From Camelus dromedarius (Eukaryota): a DNA stretch of 64,000 nucleotides. The notes beneath the pieces are model-generated. The model ran no database searches. It was not told where the DNA came from and saw only the letters and a program-made list of their open reading frames with translations. Shown piece by piece: positions 1 to 12,921 of the stretch (the stretch's first letter is position 1; each line of letters begins with the position of its first letter). The position numbers and the translations under genes are program-made. Location of the stretch: assembly GCF_036321535.1 (NCBI RefSeq), contig NC_087437.1, positions 28,274,001 to 28,338,000 of the forward strand. Reading direction: 5' to 3'.

Positions 1-149
1 AATCAAGTGACAAATTACATGCAGTTTCTTAAAAAATGTGAACACTATACTTGTGCTGATTATCAACAATATTTATAGCTCTCCTTCTGTACACCTGTCA
101 CAATTGTGCTTTATTATTTAAATTATTATTTGTATAATGACAATTTTCC

Positions 150-275
150 CAATAGACAGAAAACTCCAACAGGTAAAGACTATGCCTGACTTGCTCACCA
201 TTGAATCCCCAGTGCCTACTACAGAGAATGACACAGAATAGGCACTTTAAAAAATACCTTACTGAGCTGGTAAAT
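150..275 (+). mobile_element. L2 LINE 3' end fragment
   Basis: aaactcc...ttgctcaccattgaatccccagtgcct...gacacagaataggcact resembles the L2 3' terminus. Confidence 0.7.
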
Positions 276-574
276 AAATAGTGATCTGCATTGATTCTGT
301 AAGGAATTCAAGTGTCAAAAAGACTCATCTTGGGTGTCATTAAACACTTTAAATTTGAAAAGTAAATGGAGTTGTGACTCCTAGCCTACTTCTAACTGAA
401 TAGATCCAGGAACTAGGAAGGGGGAGATGTACATCTGGCAGGAGTGCTCCCACTGGGCTGCTCAGACACTAGCTTGCTTTCTGCTACCTGGACATATTTA
501 AATCCAAACCTAGCTGAAAAATTAAATTCAACTGCATGAATGACTTCTTTTTCTTTCAACTTGGGCATTTATCT

Positions 575-778
575 TTGTGGTTCTCAAAGTGTGGTTCCTC
601 ACACAACAGCATCAGCATTACTGTTGATTACAGCATTACCTGTAAACTTGGTTAGAGATGCGTACGTTCTGGCCCCAGATCAGACTACTCAGTTGTAAAC
701 TGGGAATGAGGCCCAGCAATCTGTATTTAACAAGCTTCCGGGTGATGGTAAGGCAGGGTGAAGCTTGAGAAAATACTA
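575..778. mobile_element. MER5A-like hAT MITE
   Basis: gtggttctcaaagtgtgg...cagcatcagcat...ggcccagcaatctgtatttaacaagc...ttgagaa. Confidence 0.85.
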
Positions 779-1059
779 AGTGAAGTGAGAATTACTATAA
801 ACAAAGTATTTTCTGAGTTATCATCCCACATCTCTGGTTATTAGGGGTCCACAATGAGCAATGTTGTAACTCTGGTTATGGAATCCCCTTCAGCATCTGG
901 ACTCCAAGCCTTTCAAGGGCAACAAATGAGTAACAACTGCAGTTGTGCTTCTTTAATTTTGGAGGAAGTAGGACAGAACTTTAAAGTATTATTGATTGAA
1001 CATACAATTGGCCTAATAATCTATGCCATCTTCAGATACTTTTAAGAATAAAGGAAATG

Positions 1060-1076
1060 AGGGGAGGGTAAAAAAA
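1060..1076 (+). mobile_element. Minimal SINE remnant (5' head plus A-tail) between 16-bp TSDs
   Basis: AAGAATAAAGGAAATG at 1044-1059 and 1077-1092 flanks AGGGGAGGGT+A7. Confidence 0.6.
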
Positions 1077-1169
1077 AAGAATAAAGGAAATGTACTAGTA
1101 GGAAAAAGGAAATAGGACTTTACCAGTTCAACCTCTAACTCCATGTGAGTACTTTGTTCTCTAGGTTCC

Positions 1170-4100
1170 CCCTTTTAAACAACATATCACACGTATTTAA
1201 AGTATGCAATTTAATTAGTTTTCACATATGCGTACACAGTGTGAAACATCACCACAATCAAGATAGTGAATATATCACTAACCCCCAAAGGGTTCTTGTC
1301 ATCATTCCCATCCAGCTTCCCTGTCCTTCTCCCATCTCCAGGCAACACTGATGTTTTCTGTCTCTATCAATTAGTTTTCATGTTTAGAATATTATATAAC
1401 TGGAATCACACAGTATTTATTCTTTCTTGTCTTGATTCTACCACTCAGCATAATGATTTTAAGAGTCATCTATTTCATTGTGTGTATCAATTGTTCATTC
1501 TTTTTCATTGCTGAGAAGTATTCCAATATACTTTGCTAATCCTTTCACTTGTCAATAGACATTTCAGTTATTTATAGTGTGGGATATTACAAATAAAGCT
1601 GTTATGGGAATTTATATATAATTCTTTGTATGAATATATGCTTTTCATTTTTCATGAAAAACTATCAAACTCTCAAAGTAGTTATATCATTTTTCATCCC
1701 TACAAGCAGTTTATGTAATTTCCAGTTTTTCCACTTTATTTCCAGCATTTAGTATGGTCAATCTTTTTAATTTCACCCATTATAATGTTATCTCATTGTG
1801 GTTTTAATTTCATTTCTTTATTGGTTAATCACAAACTTCTTTTCAAGAACTTAATTGCCATAGCTGTATCTTTTTTGGTCAAGTGCCTATTCAAATCTTT
1901 TGCCTGTATTTTATTTTTATTGTTTTACCTTTTACTATTGAATTTTCAGAGTTCTTAGTAAATCCAGGATATAAGTTCTTTACCACATAAGTAATATGCT
2001 AATATTTTCTCCATTCATTGCTCATTTTTACATTCTCTAAACTATGTCCTTTGAAGAACAGATTTTAATTTTGAAGAAGTTCAACTTATTTATGAAACAT
2101 AGTTTTGGATATCTAGTCAGTATTACTTAACCTGAGGTCACAAATGCTTTCTACTACATTTATTTCCAGAAGTTTTATAATTTTGGGCTTTACCCTTTGG
2201 TCTATAATCCATTGTGTGCTAATTTTTATATAGTGCAAGGTATAGATTAAAGTACTTTTTGCATATGGATATCCAATTATTTTGCAACATTTGTTGAAGA
2301 AAACTATCCTTTCTGCATTGAATTGCCTCTCAACCATTGTCAAAACAAGTAGTCTTTATATATATGAATCTAACTCTACATTATCTATTCTATTTCATTC
2401 ATCTATTTGTCTATATTGATGCCAATAATGCCCATTTTTTTGCTACTAGCTTTATAATAAGTATTAGCCCAGGTAGTGTTAATTATCCAAACTTGTTCTT
2501 CTTTATCAAGTCATTTTTGTTCTTCTAGCTTCTTTGCATTTCATGATGAATTTCACAATGAACTTGTCAGTTTTGTACCAAAAAACAGCTCTTTGGATGT
2601 TGATTAAGAGTGCATTGATGCATATCTCAATTAAGGGAGAATTGACATCTTAACATAATCAAGGCTTCAAAATCAAGGCTTCAAATCCATGAATATAGTT
2701 TTATCCATTTATTTAGGCATTCTTTAATTTCTCTCAGCAATGTTTTGTAGTTTTCTTTGTAGAGGTTTGGAACATCCTTTTCTGGGTTTGTAGCTAAGTA
2801 TTATATATTTTTATGTTATTATAAATGCATTATTTAAAATTTTATTTTCTGAATCTTTATTGCTATGGTAAAGAAATAAATGTTGTATATTGATCCTGCA
2901 ACCTTGATAAACTTATTTAACAATTCGAGTACATTTTTGTAGATTCTGTCAGCTAAGGATTGTTATATTCTCTTGAATTGACCCCTTAGCTATTATGAAA
3001 TGAATATTTTAATGCTTAGTAATTGTATTACTCAGAACCCTACTTTATCTGATACTCATATGGATATTCTAGCATCCTCTAGTGCTAGCATCATACATAT
3101 GCTATGGTATTTTACATATTTGTTGTTTTCTTTTTTGATTATATCTTATAGATAGTAAATAGGAGTATCTTGACCCTTTTTTCCAATTGAACATTTTCCA
3201 TTTACTTGAAATATTTAGACCACTTATATTTAATGTGATTTTTGATATGGTTGTGTTTAAATTTACTATCTTGCTATTTGTTTTCTGTTTCCCCATCTGT
3301 TGTTTATTTCCTTTTGCCTCTTTTTCTGCTATCTTTTGAATTAATTGCCACTTTATGATTGCGTTTTACCTCCTTTCTTTGTTTATTAGCTATAACTGTT
3401 TGTTATTTAAGTGATTTCTTGAAGGTTTAGAGTGAACATCTTTACTTATCACCATCTAATAGCAAGTGATATTATACCTATTCCATTCACTTGTAAATTA
3501 AGAACCTTACAATACTTTCAGTTGTCTCCCTCCTCACCTTTGTGCTATTATTGTCATGCATTGTTTTTATAAGTTGTAAAGCCCACAATACATTGCTATT
3601 ATTTTTACCTAAATAGTCAATTCTATTTTTAGAGTTTTAAATAATAAGAAACAAAAATCATATATGCTTACCCATGAAGTTACCATTTCCAGCGCTTTTC
3701 ATTTATTGTGTTAATTCATATTTCCATCTAGTATCATTTTCTTTATGCTTGAAGGACTATTTTTAACATTTCTTGTGGTGCAGGTCCTCTTGTGATGATT
3801 TCTCTCATCTTATATATGTTAAACAAAGTATCTGTTTTACCTTTCTTTTTGAAAGATATTTTCTGGGTATCAAATTACAGTTTGAAAGAATTCTGTTCTT
3901 TCACTATTTAAAGACATTGCTCCACTGGCTTCTCATTTGCATTGTTTTTATTGTTATTTTAAAGACATCAGCTGTCACTCTTATCTTTGTTCCTCTGTAT
4001 GTAATGTGTTTTGCTCTGGCTGATTTTAAGGTTGTTATTTTCTTTATTGTTGGTTCTGAATAATTTAATTATGATGTACTTGTTATAGTTTTCTTCATGT

Positions 4101-4660
4101 TTCTTGTGTTTGGGGGTTCATTGAACTTGTATCTGAAAGTTCTGAAAAAGTTTAGTCACTTTTTTCTTCAAACAATTGAATCTTCTTCAGAGATTCCAAT
4201 TATATTTTAGTAGACCCTCATATATTATCCCAAAGATCACTGACCCTTTGTAATTTTTTAATTATTATTATTATTATTATCTTTTCCCTTGGTGTTTCAT
4301 TTTGGGTAGTTTCTATTGCTATGCCTTTAAGTTCTTCTTTCTGATACTCGGTACGGTAGACTCTAGCTACCTCAGCCTACCCACACTGTCAGCTCCATCT
4401 CCTCACATAGAGCATCAGCTCAACTCCTGTTGGACCTCTCTCCTTGGCTTGGAAAGTCTGAAGGAAGAAGGTGGCAGCATTCATTGGCTTACCTTTTTTG
4501 CTTCCTTTTTCTCAGGCATCCCTATCTTTCATTGTCTGATGTCTAGTGTCTTGAAAACTATTGTCTTTTTATATATATTTTGCACTTTTTTGGAAAGTTG
4601 TTTCACATGGGAAGGTAAATCCAGTCCCTATTATTTCATCTTAACTGAAAATGGAAATAT
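1170..4660 (-). mobile_element. Old L1 (L1MC/L1ME-type), degenerate and internally deleted or composite
   Basis: Antisense 3' UTR (catcaccacaatcaagatagtgaatat), then ORF2-derived, ORF1-region and 5'-end-like sequence; ORF 2113-2343 gives decayed ORF2-like peptide (KPKIIKLLEINVVE). Confidence 0.85.
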
Positions 4661-4759
4661 CTCTTCATATTTCAAAGTCACATTTGGAATAAATGATCTG
4701 TAAAGATCAACTTAGCTGTGAAAATCAGCAATTCTTCACACAACAGAAAATCCATAGTT

Positions 4760-5385
4760 GTATCGGTTCACCAGATCCAGTTATGTCCTGCCCAACAGGC
4801 TCCTCTGACATCTGCTCTCCAGACCTCCACTAACTGACTTTGCTCTTGGCCTGACAAAGCGGCCCTAGCTTTGATTCACACTATTTTGGGGATTATAAAG
4901 TCCAACTACTGCTTTGATCACTACAGCTCTAGAAGCCCCCAGCTGGCAAGTAGAGACCACTGTCTTTAACCTCTGGGGGTTGTGGAGGCTGTGACTTCTC
5001 CATTAGCCATGTAGAAGAGCTAGGCAGTGAAACCCAGCAGTGTGGGAGAATTGATGGCCCCTGGAGTGGACTTGACAAATGAGAGACAGTGGAACCACGA
5101 GGTGAATTACTCACTCTTCTACCACACCCCATCCAAACCCAAGAGATAGCTCCCAGAGGCAGTGATTTCATGAAGCTTGTCCGGAGATCTCCCATATTAC
5201 TATACAACTGATTGCATTTTCTTGTAAAATCACAGACAGCTGGACTCATTTCTGCTCCCCTCTCCTGCCTCATTTTCCTGTTTCCTTCACTCTTATTTTG
5301 CACATAGTCACCCCACCCTGGCCAAAGATCATTAGTGTGTACATTTTGGTTCAGACTCTGTTTCCTAGGGTACTCAATCTACAAG
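4760..5385 (+). mobile_element. ERVL LTR (LTR33/LTR16-like)
   Basis: Ends tcagactctgtttcctagggtactcaatctacaaga, like the LTR33/LTR16 3' terminus. Confidence 0.55.
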
Positions 5386-6225
5386 AGTGAGAGAGTAAAA
5401 GGATATACAAAAGACAATAATCATTCCAGTGTGTAGTATCTACTTGTTCCATTTTTATACATAAACTTTTCATCTGCTCTGGATATTTTAAATGAAAAAC
5501 CAGAAATATTTTAATTTAACATACTGAAAACTTAATCCAATTTTACAGAGCTAGGAGAAATGTTTCAGGAATTATTGGTCTTGCTGAAGAAAAAATTACA
5601 AAACATGAATCCTCGGCTAAACCAGCTGCCAAACCAGGGCAGGAGAGAATTCCATATGCAGGTGCAAATGTCACCATGAAAGCTGGAATTTCAGGGCTCT
5701 TATCTAAGATATGATTTGGAAGGTTTCTGGGAGAATGATGATCTAAATAGTTGAAGCAATGTGTAGTTTGCTTGCATTTGTAAATACCAGCATGACTTTA
5801 AATGGAAGAAGCTAAAAATGTTTTTGCCTCAGTGTTCTGTCCTGTGTCACAGCTTTGTGATTTGTTTAAACAGATTTCTTCAGCACAGTGGAGTGATATT
5901 AAGCATGTAACGCTTAACCCGAGTTACAGACTGTGCATTAGTAGAAGAGATTGTTTAATAAATATGAATTAGAAAATGAGTAAATAAACTGTAACAGTTT
6001 ACATACACAGCACATTTCAAAGGAGAAACCCATGATAATATGAGATTTATTCATGAAATACTGGATTAGCACAGTGGGAGTCCCAACCAAATTACAGTGT
6101 TTTAAAACCTTCCTTTTATAAATTAATCTTGTTTATTCATAGGAACAAATAAAGTGAAATACTGGGAGCTAGAAGAAAGTTCTTCCTATCTTTAATGTAC
6201 TCTTTTGAGGAATCCTAAGACACAT

Positions 6226-6739
6226 TATTATAGGTTGAATTATGTTCCCCATCAAGGTATGCTGAAATTCCACCCCAGTACCTGTGCATGTGACTTTATT
6301 TGGAAATAGGGTCTTTGCAGATCTAATGAAGTTAAAATGAGTTTATACCAGACTAGAGTGGGCCCTAATCCAGTGACTTATGTCCCTATAAAATGAGGGA
6401 AAGTTGGATACTGTATCCCTGTAAGATGAGAAAAATGTGGATACTGACACAAAGAGAGAACACAATGTGAAGACAGAGAGAATGCCATATGGTGACAAAG
6501 GCATAGTTTGGAGTGACACATCTATAAGCCAAGGGGTGCCAAGGATTGTCAGCAATCACTAGCAGCAGGGAAGAGGCAAAAAAAAAAATATCTTCCCTTT
6601 GAACCTTCAGAGAGAGCAAGGCCCTGCTGACACCTCGACTTCAGACTTCAAGCCTACAGAATTCTGAGAGAATAAATTTCCATTGTATAAGCCACCTAAT
6701 TTTGGCAATTTATTATAAAAGTCATAGAAAATTGATACA
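6226..6739 (+). mobile_element. MaLR solo LTR (MLT1B/C-like)
   Basis: ggttgaattatgttcccc...tttggaaatagggtctttgcaga...aataaatttccattgtataagccacc...gataca; internal ~32-bp tandem duplication near 6381-6445. Confidence 0.9.
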
Positions 6740-6999
6740 CTTAGCTAAAATTTTTAGAAGACTCTTTTTAGTCTTATATAGTAGGTTTTACAAAAATTCA
6801 ATGAAGTTAATAAAGATTTGATTTCTGATCTTATTATAAATTATATGAAGTGAAGGAAACTTTGAGGCTTACATTTGAACTCTATATAGATAATTTTATT
6901 GAAAAACAATTTTTTTCTTTCCAACTATGAAATTTCCTATAGTTCCTACTGAGTCCAATTTAACAGGCTGTGTGCAACTACTTGTATGTGAATAGCACT

Positions 7000-7065
7000 G
7001 TTTCTTTTGTTTTAAGCCATCTGGTTTACAGTAATTTGTTATGGTAGCCTTAGGAATCTAATACA
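7000..7065 (+). mobile_element. MLT1 LTR 3' end fragment
   Basis: tgttttaagccatctggtttacagtaatttgttatggtagccttaggaatctaataca. Confidence 0.75.
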
Positions 7066-7156
7066 ATACTAAACACATCAGGATTTTATGTAGAGTAGAA
7101 AAAATATTCTCGTAAATTCTCAAAGCCAATGGGCTATAATTTTTAAGATTCTGTGG

Positions 7157-7288
7157 GATTAGGGCCCCACTTGCATGACCTCATTTAATGCTAATTAACT
7201 CCATAGAGCCCCTACCTCCACATACAGCCATTTGAGTATTAGGACTTCAACATATAAATGGGGTGGGGGCACAATTCAGTTCATAACA
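7157..7288 (-). mobile_element. MLT1 LTR 5' end fragment
   Basis: ggattagggcccc...gacctcatttaa...ttaggacttcaacatataaat...cacaattcagttcataaca. Confidence 0.8.
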
Positions 7289-7344
7289 CTGTGATTCCTT
7301 TTATCTATTTGTTTATATATTTTTTATTTCTATCTTTTCATAAT

Positions 7345-7790
7345 ATGAACCCTCCTTCCTGTAACCTTTTCCTTTTGGGAACTAGCTCTCCCTGTAATAC
7401 TTTGTTCACATGATTCACATAGGGGTGGCGTCAGGAATGGCACATGCCATAATCCTAACCATTCAGTAAACTCTATCTTTCTACCCAGACGTGAGCATGA
7501 AATCCCGTGAAAGACTTGTTGGGACTCTAAAAAGAGATAGTGGCCACTACAGATTATGTTACCCTGGGATTGCCAGAGTTAATTTATACAATGTGGAGTA
7601 AGCCTGCCAGAAAATAAAACCGTGTAGAGGAAAGTAAGGCCAGATAGAGAGAGCCCTGCTCATATTCAGTCAGTGCAGTCAGTTAGAAGCTGGAACCATA
7701 CATAGAGTTTTGAGTTACCTGAGGCAATAAATTTCCTATTTTTGTTTAAGCTCGATTAAACTGGCATTGACAGTCAGAGACCTGACTATA
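7345..7790 (+). mobile_element. Old MaLR LTR (MLT1J/K-like)
   Basis: gcctgccagaaaataaaacc...gaggcaataaatttcctatttttgtttaagct...gacctgactata. Confidence 0.6.
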
Positions 7791-7857
7791 ATTCTGGAGT
7801 TGAAGAAAACTTGCAAATATATATCAACATCCTGTTTTCATAGCAATGGTGTTAAAT

Positions 7858-8348
7858 CATGCAATAAGTAATTTTTGAGGTAGTCCCCAGTGATCCTTAT
7901 CTTCGATACAATCTCCTCCCCTTTAGTATGAACTGGACTTACTGATTCATTTTTAATGAATAGAATATAGCAGAAGACCTGGGATCTCATGTCTCAGATT
8001 AAGTTATAGAAAGGTTGCCTCTTGTGTCTTTGGTGCTTTTTCTTACTGTCTCTTGGATCATTTACCCTGGCTGGAACCAGCTACATGACATGAGGACCAC
8101 CTGGTGAGGGACCACATGAGTGAGACTGGAAGCAAATCTTCTTCCTACTCCCCAAACCAGTTGAGCCTTCAGATAAAACCACAGCCTCAGCCTGAAAGCT
8201 TGACAGCAATCTCATCAGAGACCTTGAGGCAGAGGCAGTTGGCTGGGCTGTGCTTAGATTTCTGATGCACAGAAACTATGAGATTATAAATGTTTGTTGT
8301 TTTAAGCTGTTTCAAGTAATTTGTTATACAAAAGTAGATAACTGATAT
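7858..8348 (+). mobile_element. MaLR LTR (MLT1F/G-like)
   Basis: ccagttgagccttcagat...cacagaaactatgagattataaatgtttgttgttttaagct...gtagataactgata. Confidence 0.85.
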
Positions 8349-8557
8349 GAAACATTTGAAAAATAATACATCGTTAAAGCTGTTGGAAATAAATATTATA
8401 TAGTATATTGAATATTATATAATACATGCTATAATAAATTATCAACAGAGATAAAGCTATTGACCATCTATGAACTGTTTTCTAGATGAGACACTGTTTT
8501 TCATTAACACTGAGGGTCTTACCCTTATAATCTCAGCAACAGGAAGGAAACATCTCT

Positions 8558-8796
8558 TTATAGTGTAAAGAGAACAATTTGTGCTTCAGAAACTGGAGTT
8601 TGAATGTTAAGTCAGCCCAACTAACTGAGTGGCCCTGGACAAGTCATTTACAATCTATGTGCCTCAGGTTCCTCTTCTCTATAATGGAGATAAGAAAATC
8701 TACTTAGTAAAGAATTTTCTGGGGGTTAGAAGTAATACATGTAGAGCACTGAAACCATGAGTGAGCACACAGGACCTTAGCTCAGTAACAGAAGCT
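8558..8796 (+). mobile_element. MIR SINE
   Basis: MIR core: ggacaagtcatttacaatctatgtgcctcaggttcctcttctctataatggagataa. Confidence 0.8.
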
Positions 8797-9794
8797 TAGT
8801 ATTTCTTTGTCTAGCAGCACTCATCTTCAAGATGAAAGACCAAATTAAAATAGAAACGCATGCCTCTGGCGCTGGCATGGTGCTTAGATGTGAACCCAAG
8901 GTGTGACTACTTGCTTGTTAGCATTAGGTTCTAACTGACTGGCTGGCCCTAGACTCTGGACCTTATCAGGGACCATGCAGAGCAAGTATAGGAGGGAGTG
9001 ATAGGCTATCACACACTTTAGGTTCTCTTATACAGGGTTCCTTGTAGTCCTTGTTTGAAACTCACTGGGAAGTTATATTGTGCTAAGTAAGACATGCATT
9101 TATTCAATGTGTGAGCTGAGTTAGTTTTTCCCCATAATGGGCTTTTCTATTGTCAGTGTTAACCAAGTGTCCCTAGATCCCTTTAGTACACCCCTTTCTG
9201 TAAAGGTGTTAAGGCATTTCACAGACTTGTTTATCTCTTTATGCACTAGTTGAGTCCAGTATTTTCTATTAGTCTAAATTACACCAATATTTATCATATC
9301 CCAGAGGCCATTTAGGCAGGCTTACATGTCATTGGCTTGCAATGGGAAAATCAGTACATATAGAGGTTAAAGCCATTTATAGTTCAGAAAGTCAAAGCCT
9401 GTTATTGATTTGGAAAAAATCCCTAGAGAATTCTGTCTTCTCTATAGTTTAGGAATTTGTGAAATAAAAATTATACATTACATCAACAAAATCATTGACT
9501 GTAGTAAACATGAGGTTATTTCTTGGTATATTCAAGTCAGGTCGGATCCTTATTAGAAAACAGTACACAGTTTGGCAATCCATAAATAAAGAGAATCCTT
9601 CAAATAGTATTGAATAATAAAAGAAAAATTAGTAATTGAGTGTTAATATGAAGCATAGCCACAGAATTGCCATGAAAGTGGTATTTGAATACATTTATTA
9701 GATGTGGGGTATAATAGAAGATTTTATTGTTTATAAACTCAGTATATGATGTTTATTTTAACAGACCAATGGATAGGAGCATTAAAATTATAAT

Positions 9795-10420
9795 TATATA
9801 TTTTTCTGATTCCAACAATATGTGCTCATTATAGAAAAAAGGAAAATATTGCAAAGAATTTCTTAAATCACTCATAATTCTAACACCAAGAGATAATTTA
9901 TTATAATTTAACATCTATCTCTATAATCTTTCAAAATGAACACTGTATATATTCATTGAAATCTGTAAATCACATATTTGGGATTATACCAAAGACAGTT
10001 TTGTGTGAATCTACTTTTTAATTTAACTATAATATAATGTTAAACCTGGTTTAATGTTTAATATGTCATTAAACCAGGGTATTGTGTACACAAGTATAGG
10101 CTGGGCACTGCACAGTTCTAAAAGACAACATTCACATAGGCTATGACATACTTCCTGATGCTGTGAAATGTGAGCCTATAGTAAACGTTCTTAGAAAACA
10201 TTCAAAATGGCACACAATTGCTCACTCTTTATTAACTACTACTCTACCATTGAATGTTTAACTATTTCCATTTTTATTGCTATAAGTAATGCTATCTGAA
10301 ATTATCTGTGCAAAAATATTTGTGTTCACTGTTCATTCATTAAGGAATATCCTTAAAAGTAGAATATAAAAAATAGAAAAGCCAAAGGAAAGATTTTAAA
10401 GATTCTCTATGCATATTGAA
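9795..10420 (-). mobile_element. L1ME-type 3' fragment interrupted by a MER91-like MITE
   Basis: tgctcattatagaaaaa...aaatcactcataattctaacaccaagagataa is typical antisense L1ME 3' end. Confidence 0.6.
10075..10180. mobile_element. MER91-like hAT MITE remnant
   Basis: cagggt...gcactgcacagttct...cattcacataggcta resembles MER91. Confidence 0.55.
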
Positions 10421-10479
10421 ATGTATATCAAGTGCTTGGACCAATTTCTTTGGACACTTTTCTTTCGCTTAACCCTGCA

Positions 10480-11005
10480 TGTCCATCACAGTTTCCTCGG
10501 TTTTAAGTAAAAGAAATTTGTTTCAGTTAGAAGAAAAATGTATATCTATATGTGTGTGTTTGAAACATGCAAGAAAATGCCACAGAACCCTAGGCATGCA
10601 AGTCTCATGAAGAAATGGACCCAGGAACTTAAAAATCAATAGGAAATTAAGCAGTACTAAAATCTTATCTGCCTCTGTATTTGCAAATTATTCTCCTCTC
10701 TTTCTCCCTTTCTCTTTTGGAATTTTCCATGGTCAAAAATACCCTCCACATCACAGTTCATTTTGTATTTCCACTCAACTGGCCAGTCCAGATCAAAGTA
10801 GCATCTTTGCTCCATGTTATGTGTTCCAAGGAGGTAAACCTGACTGGCTTTTCTCAGGCTAATTGTTTCTTCTCATTCAATTGATAACAACAAACATTGA
10901 AGAGCCATGTAGCACAAAGATGACTATTACAGCCCATAACAGGAAGGAATTTCTAAAAGAAAGGCAAGCAGTCTGATATGGACAGATACAATAAAGTACG
11001 GCTAC
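10480..11005 (-). mobile_element. Very old MaLR LTR (MLT1K/L-like)
   Basis: Diverged similarity at both ends only. Confidence 0.4.
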
Positions 11006-11944
11006 AATCATCTGATTGATAGAACTGTGGGTTCTAAACTAATAGAACACTGAAAATAGTCCAGTGGCTTCAAATGATCTTCAGTTCATTTCTTCCTTGG
11101 GGTTCCATGGAAGAACCACAGATACAGATACAGTGAGAGACTAAGTGGAGACTGGATAAATTGACTCTAGGTCTGGGACCCTTGTTTCAACTAGTTGTCC
11201 ACTTATATATGTTTTAAATATTGGTCTTTCTTGCAAGCTTTCAGTGAAAGCATGTAGGAGAAAGGAAAGTGGGGGGAGGGGAGGGAATGGAAGGGGAGGG
11301 AATTCTGTGGCTAAATCATTTGAAATCACTTATGTAGTTCATACTCTGTCTCATAGTCTCATGTTTGTTTTTCCCTCAGAAAATAGTGGAGTAACTGCTG
11401 GTTGCCTGGATGGATGAAAGGAGAGGTAGAAAGACAGTGGTATTTTCCACTCTGTGCTGTATTTAGTATTCTCTTATAATATTTAAAATAAGATACAAAT
11501 TTCTTTGAATCCATCCTTCCCCAAGAAAAGTCTGTATTTTCCTTTATCTTAATGTTGACTATTTCATGTAAACTGGTACCTGAGCTTATCATATCAAAGG
11601 CCATTTATCCATTGCTTGCAAGCTCTGAGTTACTTAAGAAAATATCTTCCATTAACTTGACAATAAAAAACATCAAATAAATTATTTCTCACTAATCTGA
11701 GAGGCTAAATATTAGTTTATTTCTTCATTTGGGGATATTTAATATGTTTAATATAGGGAGAAATATGTTTAATATAGGTTTAAATAACCATTAAGTTGGC
11801 ACTACAATTTCATTTTTAAAAATAGAGGAAAAGACTTTGATTAGAAATTTATCTTGAAAAATGAAGCCAAAATTATAAAAATGTGATAAAATATAATTTA
11901 ATATTTAACTAAATTTAGATTACAATTGCAAACATGGTTCAATT

Positions 11945-12350
11945 CTTAGAAAAGACAAAGAACATTGTTTTCTTCTTGGTATCATTTACTGACAAATTTG
12001 TACTATTGCATGATACTGTGTTCTGCACAAAACATTTTATTTGTTCAGCATAATAATGAGGATTATTTTTGCAAATATGCATATGCTTAATCAATTTTTG
12101 CAAAGATCTCTCTTAAGGTATTGGTTTTTAAATTATTCTCCCTGAAACTCCTATCCTGTCCTCATCTGAGTTAACTTTTTCTTCCTGTCCCATTCTTAAC
12201 TGCTCATTTGCCAATGTCTTCAAATGAGATTTAAGTATTTCTCTGCTAACTTTTTCATGGTTTCCGTGGAACCCTGTATCTTTTGAAAAGCTTGAAGTTT
12301 CATTTGGCAATAAATTTGCAATATATTGGCCTTGAAAACATCGAAGAATA
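11945..12350 (-). mobile_element. Probable fossil TcMar-Tigger transposase C-terminal fragment
   Basis: Three frameshifted segments: FSKDTGFHGNHEKVSREILKSHLKTLANEQL, LKTNTLREIFAKID*AYAY, CKNNPHYYAEQIKCFVQNTVSC; order and spacing resemble Tigger/pogo C-termini. Confidence 0.55.
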
Positions 12351-12921
12351 GAGGCAGGCCCAACCACAAAGAGTAGGAAAGTTGCAGGAGACAGCTAAGT
12401 AGATTCTACTGTTAAAACAAGATGGCGGTTAAAGAATGTTTGAGGGGAAACTAAATTTTCATGTGATTTGTTCATTCATGAATGTTTTTGATTCCCTATG
12501 TAATCTTATAATGCAAGTCCATGGATTATACACAAATGCACAGATGAAAAGGGATCCTGTATATAAGGAAAAATGAGGTACCATCCAATTCCACTGCCCA
12601 CCCAAGATCCCTTAGGGAATCAAGAGGTAAAAACAACTGGCTCCACATTTCTCAGTTTAACCTAGCTTTACAAATCTTGACAGATTTGTGTAGATTATGC
12701 AGCCAAAATTCTTCTGAAATAATTTATAAAAGTGATAGTGCAGGCAGTTGAATATATCTGTATTGTCCTCTAGGATACTATTTGGGCTGGTTCCAGGTGA
12801 AGCTGTGATGTAAAATGAGAAGATAGTGTATTGGAGTGTACTGTCCTCCAATGCCCATTAGGTAATTTTCTTAGGTGATTCAGTGTTTGTTCTCTTTCTT
12901 TTCTACCCTTCCTATCCTGCT

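Noticed and set aside
11741..11778. 17-bp near-tandem duplication (similar ones at 2657-2684 and in MER58 near 60637-60680)
   Set aside because: Ordinary slippage duplications with no further structure.
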